DNA from: a virus | Length of the DNA stretch: 64,000 bases | Reading direction: 5' to 3' (one strand) | IMG/VR virus record: IMGVR_UViG_3300035670_000178 | Coordinates: 3,036 to 67,035 of that record | Shown: positions 18,867-27,864 of the stretch, one piece after another | Numbering within the stretch: position 1 is the stretch's first letter | Layout: every line of letters starts with the position of its first letter | Program-made: the position numbers and the translations under genes | The notes under the pieces: model-generated | What the model saw: the letters and a program-made list of their open reading frames with translations, nothing else | Told to the model about the DNA's origin: nothing | The model's database searches: none

Positions 18867-19310
18867 ATGTACTTTATTTTTGGTTACGCAGAAACTGCGC
18901 TTGTCGAATGTGTTGCTCTTAGTTCCGCCGCTCCCGCAGGTATGAAAAGTCTGGCTCTGCCGACTGCCGCTAGTGTGGCACCTGCTGTTGCTGGCGCCAC
19001 TTTCTGGAACGCCTACGACTCAGTGAACATGAACTACTTCACCTATGGCACCAAGAAGCAGTTGAAGGTGGTAAACACCAACGCAACTGGTTCTGTAACC
19101 CTCACTGTCAAGACTAAAGACGACACTGTCGCCGGGCTTGATCGTGTAGTCGAAGATTTGGTTATCACTCTTGGGCCCGAAGAGGTCTGGGAATCTGGTA
19201 TCCTGCCTTCAGTATTCAACGACGCTAACAAGGTCAAGATTGAGCTTGCCGACGTGGCAGCTGGTGACAGCCTTGCCGATTGCTTCATCGCAGTCGTGAA
19301 TGTCACCTAA
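18867..19310 (+). CDS. putative capsid decoration / structural protein
   Basis: Follows the capsid gene; beta-rich; shares the MYFIFGY N-terminus. Confidence 0.55.
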   Translation: MYFIFGYAETALVECVALSSAAPAGMKSLALPTAASVAPAVAGATFWNAYDSVNMNYFTYGTKKQLKVVNTNATGSVTLTVKTKDDTVAGLDRVVEDLVITLGPEEVWESGILPSVFNDANKVKIELADVAAGDSLADCFIAVVNVT

Positions 19311-19669
19311 TGAACCTTGACCCTGTATTCAGAAATCTAGGGACGTGGATCTATCTTGTTAGAGAAGAGGTTGGCGAGCTCGACTATGATACAGGGTTGC
19401 GTCCCAAAATTTATAGCTACGAAAGAGTACGTGCGCTAATTGGTCAGAAAAATTTCGGTTTCCAGTTGCATCTCAATTTGGATGAATCGATGGTAGCTCT
19501 GACCAAACAAGCAGACCTCGTGGTTCAAGATCAGGAAGCCTACCGACTTGAAGAGTTGAGTAGTGCATTTGGAGTTTACATTTACAAGAAAAACAAGGTG
19601 ACTGGTGATGAGCTTAGATCCATTGTGGATGGCATCGCTTCAAAAAGCAGCCACGAAACATTTTCTTAA
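19310..19669 (+). CDS. putative head closure protein
   Basis: Positional; start MNLDPVF overlaps the upstream stop; YDTG motif. Confidence 0.5.
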   Translation: MNLDPVFRNLGTWIYLVREEVGELDYDTGLRPKIYSYERVRALIGQKNFGFQLHLNLDESMVALTKQADLVVQDQEAYRLEELSSAFGVYIYKKNKVTGDELRSIVDGIASKSSHETFS

Positions 19670-20006
19670 CTACGATCTAGGCGTCCCGTGGGACTTTGAC
19701 AATACAGTTGAAGGAGATAAAATCTCCGTCAAACTGATTGACTCTAGTCTAACTAAGCTGAACTCGGAAGAGTCTATGGCTGAGTTTACAGTGCGAATAA
19801 CTTGCACTGTATCAACGGACGGTCTCTATGACTTAGCCGCCTTGTCAGGTAAAGTAGCTCTTGTGCTACAAGACGAACTACAAGTTGATGGATCCTGTGC
19901 AGCGTCACCGATCCAAGAAGACGTCAAGATAAGTTATTTTGACGAGATTCACGGCTACAAACAATCCTTGATGATGAAGAAATTCATCGCAAGACTGCGA
20001 GGGTAA
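19608..20006 (+). CDS. putative tail terminator
   Basis: Positional, directly before the tail tube gene. Confidence 0.5.
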   Translation: MSLDPLWMASLQKAATKHFLNYDLGVPWDFDNTVEGDKISVKLIDSSLTKLNSEESMAEFTVRITCTVSTDGLYDLAALSGKVALVLQDELQVDGSCAASPIQEDVKISYFDEIHGYKQSLMMKKFIARLRG

Positions 20007-20007
20007 T

Positions 20008-20508
20008 ATGTACTTTATTTTCGGTTACCTCGATGCGGATGCCCCCATCGAACTTCGTTATTGCACCGTTCTCATCGAAGACGGTGCATCGGCCAGCGTT
20101 GAGCTTACGTTTGACGACGGTGATTTCTCTTACACGATTGCTCGTGAGTGGAACTACCGCCCCAACCGTGGTCGCCTTGGCGCAGCTAATGGTGCTTCGG
20201 TCACGCAAGGTGACGATCAGCCGATGTCTCTCAGCTTTGAAGGCCGTTACTCGTTCTTCACTTCTGTCGCTGACACGAAGCCCAACCAGATCCTATTCAA
20301 TATCGGCGGCGGTTTCACTTCTACGGACACGCAGAATTGCGCGACCTACGCTGTGAACATCACGCTGACTTATGAACCTCCCTGCGCGGACAGCGAAACT
20401 CTGCTGTTCCGTGACTTCCGAATTGATGAAGGACAGTACGGCATCCGGGACGGCCAGGCGTCGTTCTCCGGTCGCTGCAACGCAACCGAACCTGAGGTGG
20501 TATCTTAA
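20008..20508 (+). CDS. major tail tube protein
   Basis: Beta-rich 166 aa directly before the frameshifted chaperone pair; SFSGRC C-terminus. Confidence 0.75.
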   Translation: MYFIFGYLDADAPIELRYCTVLIEDGASASVELTFDDGDFSYTIAREWNYRPNRGRLGAANGASVTQGDDQPMSLSFEGRYSFFTSVADTKPNQILFNIGGGFTSTDTQNCATYAVNITLTYEPPCADSETLLFRDFRIDEGQYGIRDGQASFSGRCNATEPEVVS

Positions 20509-20509
20509 T

Positions 20510-20971
20510 ATGCTGATCAACGGTGAAAAAATCAATGCCCCTTTCCGTAGAGAGATCGTAATCCCACGCGTGGAAGGAGACATTGTATTTAATGCCACGG
20601 CTGTTTCTGTAGAGCAGAAGTTTCTTGAACTCTGTCCTGTGATCGAGCCGAAAACGCAGAAAGATGCAAAAGGCAATATCGTAAAGTATCTTTACGACGA
20701 TCCCGACTACGTCAAGCGCTCGCAGGAGCGTTTGATGCGCAAGCTGGACCTTCAAGTCATCATGTCTCTTGAAAATGTCAAGTGGGAGACTGTTGTTCTT
20801 GAAGATCCGGAAACTTGGAAGAACTGGAAGACGGAGGCGGTTGAGTCCGGCTTGTCTGATTGGGAAGTAAACAGTCTTCAGAATCAGGTAGTCGAAACGC
20901 TCCAGCCTTCTCGTGAGCTAATCGACGAAATGAAAAAACGTTTTTTAGCTTCACAGGACCTAAAGGCGTAG
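20510..20971 (+). CDS. tail assembly chaperone (gpG-like)
   Basis: Start MLINGEK; ends just after the slippery heptamer T TTT TTA at 20941-20947. Confidence 0.8.
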   Translation: MLINGEKINAPFRREIVIPRVEGDIVFNATAVSVEQKFLELCPVIEPKTQKDAKGNIVKYLYDDPDYVKRSQERLMRKLDLQVIMSLENVKWETVVLEDPETWKNWKTEAVESGLSDWEVNSLQNQVVETLQPSRELIDEMKKRFLASQDLKA

Positions 20972-21162
20972 CGGCTCCTCCCCTCCCTAAGTACCGAACA
21001 GTTTTCTATCAAGTCTATAGGGCTTGTGAAAGATTCGGGATAAAGCCCTGGTTGTGGGATGACTTAGACGTCACGACACAATCAGGGCTTTTAGCTTATG
21101 AGGAGATAAGGGCAGATGAGGAAAGCTACCATCCGAACAAAGGTGACGGTCCGCAAGTTTGA
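20941..21162 (+). CDS. gpT-like extension reached by -1 frameshift
   Basis: The -1 frame is open from the heptamer to TGA at 21160-21162 (FSFTGPKG...ACERFGIKPWLWDDL...GPQV). Confidence 0.75.
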   Translation, partial: FFSFTGPKGVAAPPLPKYRTVFYQVYRACERFGIKPWLWDDLDVTTQSGLLAYEEIRADEESYHPNKGDGPQV

Positions 21163-21625
21163 TCTTCAATACACCGAACAGACGTTCAAAGATGAAGTGC
21201 AAAAATTATTCAGAAATGCGGCCATTGAGTTTGTAGAGACGGGCATAAAAAATTTCCCAGCTCTTACAGGCCAAGCCAAAGCAGCAGTAATTAATGTTGC
21301 CGGTACACTAGGCTTACGAGTAGACTTCGATCCGATGTCTGAGCCTTACTCTGAATACATGCACTTAAGGCCAGCACTGATTGCTACAGGTAACGATATC
21401 CTACGTGGTTACAAAATGGGATCTTCAAAGATCCGTGATTACAAGTACACTGTGGCTTGGGAAATTAAGTTAAGCATAACTGCTGCTTCAAATGAGTTCG
21501 ACTACTTTACTTACTGGGATAATTCCCGTTGGCATTCGATGGAAGCTGCTATAGCTTCCGCCGAAGCATATGTCAGCCGCCACATGAGCGGTTTGTTGAA
21601 AGCGAGGCTTAAGAAAAATGGCTGA
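21116..21625 (+). CDS. putative neck/tail completion protein (HK97 gp10-like)
   Basis: PALTGQAKA resembles the P.DTG.L motif. Confidence 0.5.
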   Translation: MRKATIRTKVTVRKFDLQYTEQTFKDEVQKLFRNAAIEFVETGIKNFPALTGQAKAAVINVAGTLGLRVDFDPMSEPYSEYMHLRPALIATGNDILRGYKMGSSKIRDYKYTVAWEIKLSITAASNEFDYFTYWDNSRWHSMEAAIASAEAYVSRHMSGLLKARLKKNG

Positions 21626-24600
21626 TGGATTTGATTATTCTATTTCTATTAAAGGCGGCCAGGAAGCTCTCACTTTCTTCAATACGTTGAATAACGTATT
21701 AGACGACACTTCGGCGACCGCCAGAACAAACGCTGATCGTTTAAATGCGATCGCTAGACGTGCGGAAGAACTGGCTGCACGCTACAATGACGGTGCAGAG
21801 GCAGCGGCTTTATTTTTTAAAGAAGCCGCAGATGGATCTAGCACTTTCATCGAAGCCAATCTTAAAATGACCAAGGCTCAAAAAGCCTTAACGAGGCGTA
21901 CGGCTCAAGGTCTCGACGTTGCTGAAGCGATACGGCGTACCCTCGATCAGCTTACAAAAGAATACGAGCAGCAAAACACCATACTAGTTGAAGCTGCAAA
22001 AGCTGGTGAAGCCGTAAATGCTTCTCAGAAAAAAGTAGCAAAGTCTACAGGTGAAGTCTCTGAGGCTCTCGAAAAAGTACCTCTCAACATTTATGCTCAG
22101 ATGGCTGCTGAAGCTAAGGAAGCTCAAGAAAACATTGAAGCATACCATAAAGCAAATGCTGAATTTATGGATGACTTCGAGCGTAGACAAGCCGCTGCTC
22201 AGCTTCATACAGACGACGCTGGTGCTATTCGTCAAGTCATAGAGATCAACGAAGAACACGAGCGTACGCGCCAAATAATGCTTAAGTCTTACTTGGAGCA
22301 AAAAGATCAGCTAGAAGCTATACGGAAGCAAGAAGAAAAAGATGAAAAAGAACGGCTAAATGCAATTAAACGTGAAGAAAAAGCTCGTCAGAAAATGTAC
22401 GAGAATATTTTCACGTCTAGAGAATCTTTGCAACAAGAAAAAGATATCGATGAGTACGGTAGCATTGATCTTGCTAAGCAAGCACGTATGTATCAAGATC
22501 TTTTTGGATCAGCGGCTTCAGTAAAACAAGAAAGAAAAGCAGAGACAAAGCTGATCGAAGAAGAAATGGCAGCTTTGAAAGCCAAAGAAGACTTGGCTGA
22601 CCGTATCACTGCGGATTCTTGGGCTAGATACGTAGAAGAAGAAAAAGCTACAGAGGCTTTTGTGGAAGCCAGTATCAAGTCCTATAATAAGATGCATGCT
22701 GCTTTCATGAAGAATGTCGCCGAAGAAGAAGCAGCAAACGAGAAGAAGTTTCAAGAAGAACTTGCTTTGGCTAAGAAGTTTTTGAAATTTCAAGATGATG
22801 TCGCTAATGGTGCAAAATCTAGGCAAAGTCTTGGAAGTACTTCAGCGGCTGATCTTGTTGATGTTTCCCGCGGAGAAACGATCGTTAACCGTGAAGACGA
22901 CGGTTCGGAACGTTACCGTCGAATGTCTGAAGCTATAGCAGACTACCGAAATCAGCTTACTCTAGCTCAAGCTATGAAGACTCGATTCATCGGGACTGCA
23001 AAAGACGCTAATGAAGTAATTAAAGATTTCACTCTTTCCTGGCAGACCATGGGTCGAATCATGGTTGCTCAGGCATTCAATGAAGTCTTTTTTGCGATGC
23101 AGAACGGCATTCGTGGTGCCGTCAGCGAAGCCACTGAACTTTACAAAGTCGTAGCTGAAATTCAGACCATCGTCGATCCGGCTATGAGGACTCTTGGCGA
23201 CTACTACGCTTCGTTGGAAGCAATTATTCAAGCATCCAACCAGCTTAACTTTGCCCCAGATGACGTAGGTCTTGCTTTTTATGAAACTCTGTCCAATCAG
23301 ATTGGCGATAGCGTTGGAGAAATCCAAAATTTCATAAAAGAGTCGGCCAACCTTGCGAAGGTGACAAGATCAACTCTTGCAGATTCGTCTGACGCCATTT
23401 CGTCGGTGATGAACGCTTTCAATCTCAGTTTGTCTGACACTAACAAGATTGCATCTGAACTGTTTTCAGTTGTAGACTTGGGTCGTGTTAAGCTCGAAGA
23501 GATTGCAAATCACATCGGTAACGTTGCTGTACCTGCTGCTCAGCTAGGTCTCACGATGGAAGATCTGTCAGCTTCGCTGGCCACGATCTCTATTGCGGGT
23601 ATCCCTGCTAGCGAAACTATGACTTTGCAACGTAACTTGATGTATAAGTTGATCGACCCCACTGAAAAAATGACAGAGCTGATAAAAAGTTGGGGTGTTG
23701 ACTCTGCGGATGCTGCTGTTCAAACTTTTGGTTTCTTAGGTATCCTTCAAAAGTTAGATGAAGCCGCCGCCAAAGGTAGTGAAGAGTTGGCCGGCATAGC
23801 TGGTACGACGCGAAGTTACCGTGGTATCCTGGGCCAAATTGGCACTAACCTTGAAGTTTACGAAAAGGCATTAGAGGCTACTAGGAAGGCGCAAGAAAAC
23901 TACAACGAAGTTGTCGCAAAGTATGTTGAAAATCCAGGGGAACAGTTCTCCAAGCTCCAACAGCAAATCTCAAACGAAATGCTGCAAATGGGTCTTCGGA
24001 TCGTAGAACTTGTTAACTATTGGGATAACTTGTTTGGAAAGACTGAAGACGGCAATAGAGCTTTGGCTGTGGCTATAGGCTATATGACAAAGCTCACTAT
24101 GACGGTTACGGCTGGTGTTGTTGCTTTTCTTGTACTAGAAACAGCCATCGGCGCAGTCACACGTGCTCTTCTCGCTTTGAGCGTAGCGGAAAAGACAGTT
24201 ACGACAATCTCAGGTATTGGTCTAGCTATTTCAGCTTTGATCGGCACAGTGACGTTGGCAACAGCTGCCTATGCTACTTTCTCGGATAGCGCCACGAAAA
24301 GTCTTTCCAGAATTAAAACTGCTGCCGCCGAAGCCAACAAAGATGTGGCAAAAAGTTTTAAAGAAGGAATCATCGGGGCTACAGATCAGTTGGTCGGTGG
24401 TCAAATGACTACGATCAATGACAATTTGAAAGATATGGCTGCTTACCTTCAAAAGGTAAATGAAGCTGCGAAAAGCCAAGAAGCGAAAAAAGCGTTTGAA
24501 GATCTAGAGGCTTCTTTGAATCTATTCATCGATGCTTTGGGCGGTGATGAAGCCTCTCAGAAAATCACCCATCTATTCAAGTCTGCAAGTGAACTTCAGG

Positions 24601-27170
24601 ACATCTACGGAGAGTCCGTTTGGTACACTAATGACGCTTTGAAAGAAGGAGCTGATCTTCACGAAAAGAATGCAAATGAAATGGAGCGTGAGCTTGATCT
24701 TCTTAGACAGCAAAGAGACATGGTTCTTGATCTAGCTGCTGCTAATAGATTGGCTTTGGCTCAGAGCGTAACTGAAAGAAATATTTCGGCCATCGCAGAT
24801 CCAAAAGCCAGAGGCGTAGCACAGTTTAGGGCTGCTCAAGATGCCGCCTATCAAGCAGCCAACGTCGCCGACCCAGAAGAATCGCGTAAGCTCTTTGAAA
24901 TTGCTAGGAAATTCCTAGCAGATTCAGAACGCAGTGCCTACGAATCTGGAGCTTTCGGAAATCTTCAAGCCCACATTTCTTTCTTCAATCGACAAGAATC
25001 TGAGCTTTATGCTTTGCAAGAGCGTAGGTTGCAAGCAGAATACAATGCAATCGACGCTCAAAGTGTCAGTCTTCAAAAACAGCAACAAGAGCATAAAGAA
25101 AGTCTTGACTGGTACAACAAAGAATCAAAGCTACGCGAAGAAAGATTGCAACAGTACGATCTTGAGCTTAAGTATCTCCAAGAGTATGTCAGACTGCGCG
25201 ATCAAACTCTTAACAATAAAGAGCTTGGTGTCGACGAGCAAGTCCAAAGACTTAAAACTCTCAGAGATCAAGCTGAGATGGGCTTGAATGACATCAACGC
25301 TGGCGATCAAACCCGTGCAGCGTTTGCCCGTGAGTTCAATAAGACAGACCAGGAACTTCTAGGTTCAGCCGTATCTGCCGCCCAGACTCAAACTGCTATG
25401 GGTGCTAAAGATATTAAAGAAAAACAAAATGCACTTGATAGGGTTACCGATGATTTTGGGACGTCATTAACAAACGCTGCCGCAAAAACAGAAGAAGCCA
25501 TAAGAATCATTGCTGAGTCGGCCAAAGAACTTTATCGCTACGAAGGTCCGGCAAACGAGTACAGAAAACCGTCTGAAGTTTCTGAAATAGATACAATATT
25601 GTCTGAGTTTATTGCACTCAGAGATAGAGCTCAAACTGACAAATCTTTCACACCTCAAGATTACGAAGCATCGCTAGGTGCTCTGCAAACAAGGCTGGAA
25701 GATTTTATTAACCGAACTGGAACCGGATCGGACGATGCTAATTCTGCTTTGGCACTTGCTAAAGCAAATCTATCTCAGTTAGGGATTTTGAAAAACAGCA
25801 TTGACAATCTCACGCAAGAAATTGAAAAGCAGACAAAAGCTCTAATTGAGTATAGTAATCGTTTCGTCGGCCCGGACGTTGACTATAGTCAAGGTGTCGG
25901 TTCTTCTGAAGCAGAAGAAATGTATCTCGCTGAAGAAAGTTCAACTGAAAAAAAGTTTTGGGAAAGAACAGAAGAACAGTGGAATAAATTCTTCGATCTG
26001 GCGCTAAATACTATAAGCACAAAAGCTGCCAAATATTGGGGAAGGGTTCCTAAAGCCGGCGGTCTTGCAAACTACCAAGCTCATGCTATGAGTAGTTTCA
26101 CTCAAGAAAACTTTGACGATCCGGCCAATATGCAGAAAAAGATAAATAATCTAGTAGCTTCTGCTGAAATGGCCAATCCGTTAGCGTATAATAACAATAC
26201 TCAAATGGGCGCTAACTTGAAATCCTTTTTGCAAGAAGATATGACAAACAAACAGCAAACTGGAAATCAACCTTTTGAAAACTTGCCCAATCTAAATGAA
26301 ACTTATCACAGATTTCAAGATCTTGGTCGCATAGCTGTAGAAGCGATGGCTGATGGCGCTACGATAGCTATGGAGCAGGCACCTGCACCGGCTCCAGAGC
26401 AGGAAGCCCTGCTGTCGCAAGAACAAGCGCAAGCTAAGCAGAAGCAAACTATTCTAGATCAGGAAATGGCAAATGCTCAGGCTCAAGCTCAGCGTACCAA
26501 TCTCGAACCCTACATGTCTTACACAGATCCGCAAGGTAAGATAAACGGACAACCTGCTGTTGACGCTCTGGGGCCTGATCTTAAAGGTCCTCTAATTAAC
26601 GGCCAACCTATGACAGATTTCTTGCCTGAAAGACACAATCAAGTATCTTCTGGCGGCTTTATAGATGGCGTCCCTGCTGGATACATGACAAACGAAATCC
26701 AGAATGGAGTTAGTTGGGGAGCACAACAGTCGATCCCGCAAGCTATGGAACAAGGATCTATGTCTGTTCGTCAGGCTATTGTTGACGGTATGGCTCAAGC
26801 CTTCCGCGAAAATCAGATGAATCAAGGTATGATGAACTCTGAAGATCGTTATTACGATTATAGCCCTCGCAGATTTGCAAAAGGCGGACCTGTTGGCACA
26901 GACACGATCCCCGCTTGGCTTAGCCCTGGTGAGTATGTAGTGAATGCAAAAGCCTCTAAAGAAAACTTTAGTTTGCTTCAGGCAATCAACTACGGTGGCG
27001 GAATGAAACGCTACTCACAAGGCGGCCCCGTGACGAGCAGCCAATCTTTCAGCAACACTTTCCACATTACATCTGCTAATCCGAATATGCAAGCATCGAA
27101 TATCGCGACTGCACTGCGTAGGCAGATCGCACAAGGTAAGGCAACACTCTCAAAGAGAAGGCCCTATTGA
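21618..27170 (+). CDS. tape measure protein
   Basis: 1850 aa, helical, TP901-type core, central hydrophobic segments, C-terminal FAKGG..GTDTIPAWLSPGEYVVNA. Confidence 0.93.
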   Translation: MADGFDYSISIKGGQEALTFFNTLNNVLDDTSATARTNADRLNAIARRAEELAARYNDGAEAAALFFKEAADGSSTFIEANLKMTKAQKALTRRTAQGLDVAEAIRRTLDQLTKEYEQQNTILVEAAKAGEAVNASQKKVAKSTGEVSEALEKVPLNIYAQMAAEAKEAQENIEAYHKANAEFMDDFERRQAAAQLHTDDAGAIRQVIEINEEHERTRQIMLKSYLEQKDQLEAIRKQEEKDEKERLNAIKREEKARQKMYENIFTSRESLQQEKDIDEYGSIDLAKQARMYQDLFGSAASVKQERKAETKLIEEEMAALKAKEDLADRITADSWARYVEEEKATEAFVEASIKSYNKMHAAFMKNVAEEEAANEKKFQEELALAKKFLKFQDDVANGAKSRQSLGSTSAADLVDVSRGETIVNREDDGSERYRRMSEAIADYRNQLTLAQAMKTRFIGTAKDANEVIKDFTLSWQTMGRIMVAQAFNEVFFAMQNGIRGAVSEATELYKVVAEIQTIVDPAMRTLGDYYASLEAIIQASNQLNFAPDDVGLAFYETLSNQIGDSVGEIQNFIKESANLAKVTRSTLADSSDAISSVMNAFNLSLSDTNKIASELFSVVDLGRVKLEEIANHIGNVAVPAAQLGLTMEDLSASLATISIAGIPASETMTLQRNLMYKLIDPTEKMTELIKSWGVDSADAAVQTFGFLGILQKLDEAAAKGSEELAGIAGTTRSYRGILGQIGTNLEVYEKALEATRKAQENYNEVVAKYVENPGEQFSKLQQQISNEMLQMGLRIVELVNYWDNLFGKTEDGNRALAVAIGYMTKLTMTVTAGVVAFLVLETAIGAVTRALLALSVAEKTVTTISGIGLAISALIGTVTLATAAYATFSDSATKSLSRIKTAAAEANKDVAKSFKEGIIGATDQLVGGQMTTINDNLKDMAAYLQKVNEAAKSQEAKKAFEDLEASLNLFIDALGGDEASQKITHLFKSASELQDIYGESVWYTNDALKEGADLHEKNANEMERELDLLRQQRDMVLDLAAANRLALAQSVTERNISAIADPKARGVAQFRAAQDAAYQAANVADPEESRKLFEIARKFLADSERSAYESGAFGNLQAHISFFNRQESELYALQERRLQAEYNAIDAQSVSLQKQQQEHKESLDWYNKESKLREERLQQYDLELKYLQEYVRLRDQTLNNKELGVDEQVQRLKTLRDQAEMGLNDINAGDQTRAAFAREFNKTDQELLGSAVSAAQTQTAMGAKDIKEKQNALDRVTDDFGTSLTNAAAKTEEAIRIIAESAKELYRYEGPANEYRKPSEVSEIDTILSEFIALRDRAQTDKSFTPQDYEASLGALQTRLEDFINRTGTGSDDANSALALAKANLSQLGILKNSIDNLTQEIEKQTKALIEYSNRFVGPDVDYSQGVGSSEAEEMYLAEESSTEKKFWERTEEQWNKFFDLALNTISTKAAKYWGRVPKAGGLANYQAHAMSSFTQENFDDPANMQKKINNLVASAEMANPLAYNNNTQMGANLKSFLQEDMTNKQQTGNQPFENLPNLNETYHRFQDLGRIAVEAMADGATIAMEQAPAPAPEQEALLSQEQAQAKQKQTILDQEMANAQAQAQRTNLEPYMSYTDPQGKINGQPAVDALGPDLKGPLINGQPMTDFLPERHNQVSSGGFIDGVPAGYMTNEIQNGVSWGAQQSIPQAMEQGSMSVRQAIVDGMAQAFRENQMNQGMMNSEDRYYDYSPRRFAKGGPVGTDTIPAWLSPGEYVVNAKASKENFSLLQAINYGGGMKRYSQGGPVTSSQSFSNTFHITSANPNMQASNIATALRRQIAQGKATLSKRRPY

Positions 27171-27171
27171 T

Positions 27172-27864
27172 ATGTTACAGTACAATTTGAGTCTTGTAGC
27201 GCACGCGCAACTTGCTGCCACCTTGTCAGACTCTGGTACTACGCTTCAAGTAATGCCTGGACAGGGGGCTGCTTTCACGCAGCCCCCTGCCATAGGGGTT
27301 CTTGCTCGTAGCCGGGCCTACAGGGATCTAGCAGTCGCAGAGCACGTCAAGCTAGTTTCACGATCCACAGACATCATCACAATCGAAAGAGGAATTATCG
27401 GCACTCCACAAGAGTGGCCAACCGGTACTCTTCTTCTAGGGTACTGGTCCCCTGCTCTGCTAGATCAGGTCTTTAATAACCTCGATGCGCTTGAGTACAC
27501 GCTCAATCTCACAGTCGGGGGAGGAAAGCAGAATGTTGTATTCAAACGTACTGGTAAAGATTTCGCGGCGTCTGCCGGATCTGGACTTAGTGTCAATGTC
27601 ACTTCTGGCTCTGCTTTTGCAAATTACAAACTAGTCACTACTTTGACTACAACGAATCTTGCTTTCACAGCGCCAGCCAGCGCAACCCGCATCGACTTGA
27701 TTCAAGCCAATGCTCTCAAACAAACGGTAGAAGTTAAGCTAGGAACCGAAGGAGGTTCCGCTCCTTCTGCGGATACTGACTGTATCGGACTCTGGCAAGT
27801 AACTACTACGGTAGGCCAGGCAACAAGAATAAGTGGAGACCTAGCCGATGTCCGCGTCTACTAA
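27172..27864 (+). CDS. tail/baseplate protein
   Basis: ITIERG.GT and TAPASATRIDLI motifs typical of tail fibre attachment proteins. Confidence 0.65.
   Translation: MLQYNLSLVAHAQLAATLSDSGTTLQVMPGQGAAFTQPPAIGVLARSRAYRDLAVAEHVKLVSRSTDIITIERGIIGTPQEWPTGTLLLGYWSPALLDQVFNNLDALEYTLNLTVGGGKQNVVFKRTGKDFAASAGSGLSVNVTSGSAFANYKLVTTLTTTNLAFTAPASATRIDLIQANALKQTVEVKLGTEGGSAPSADTDCIGLWQVTTTVGQATRISGDLADVRVY

Noticed and set aside
16783-20028. MYFIFGY as a type IV prepilin cleavage site
   Set aside because: There is no hydrophobic helix after the Gly, and the hydrophobic residues precede it
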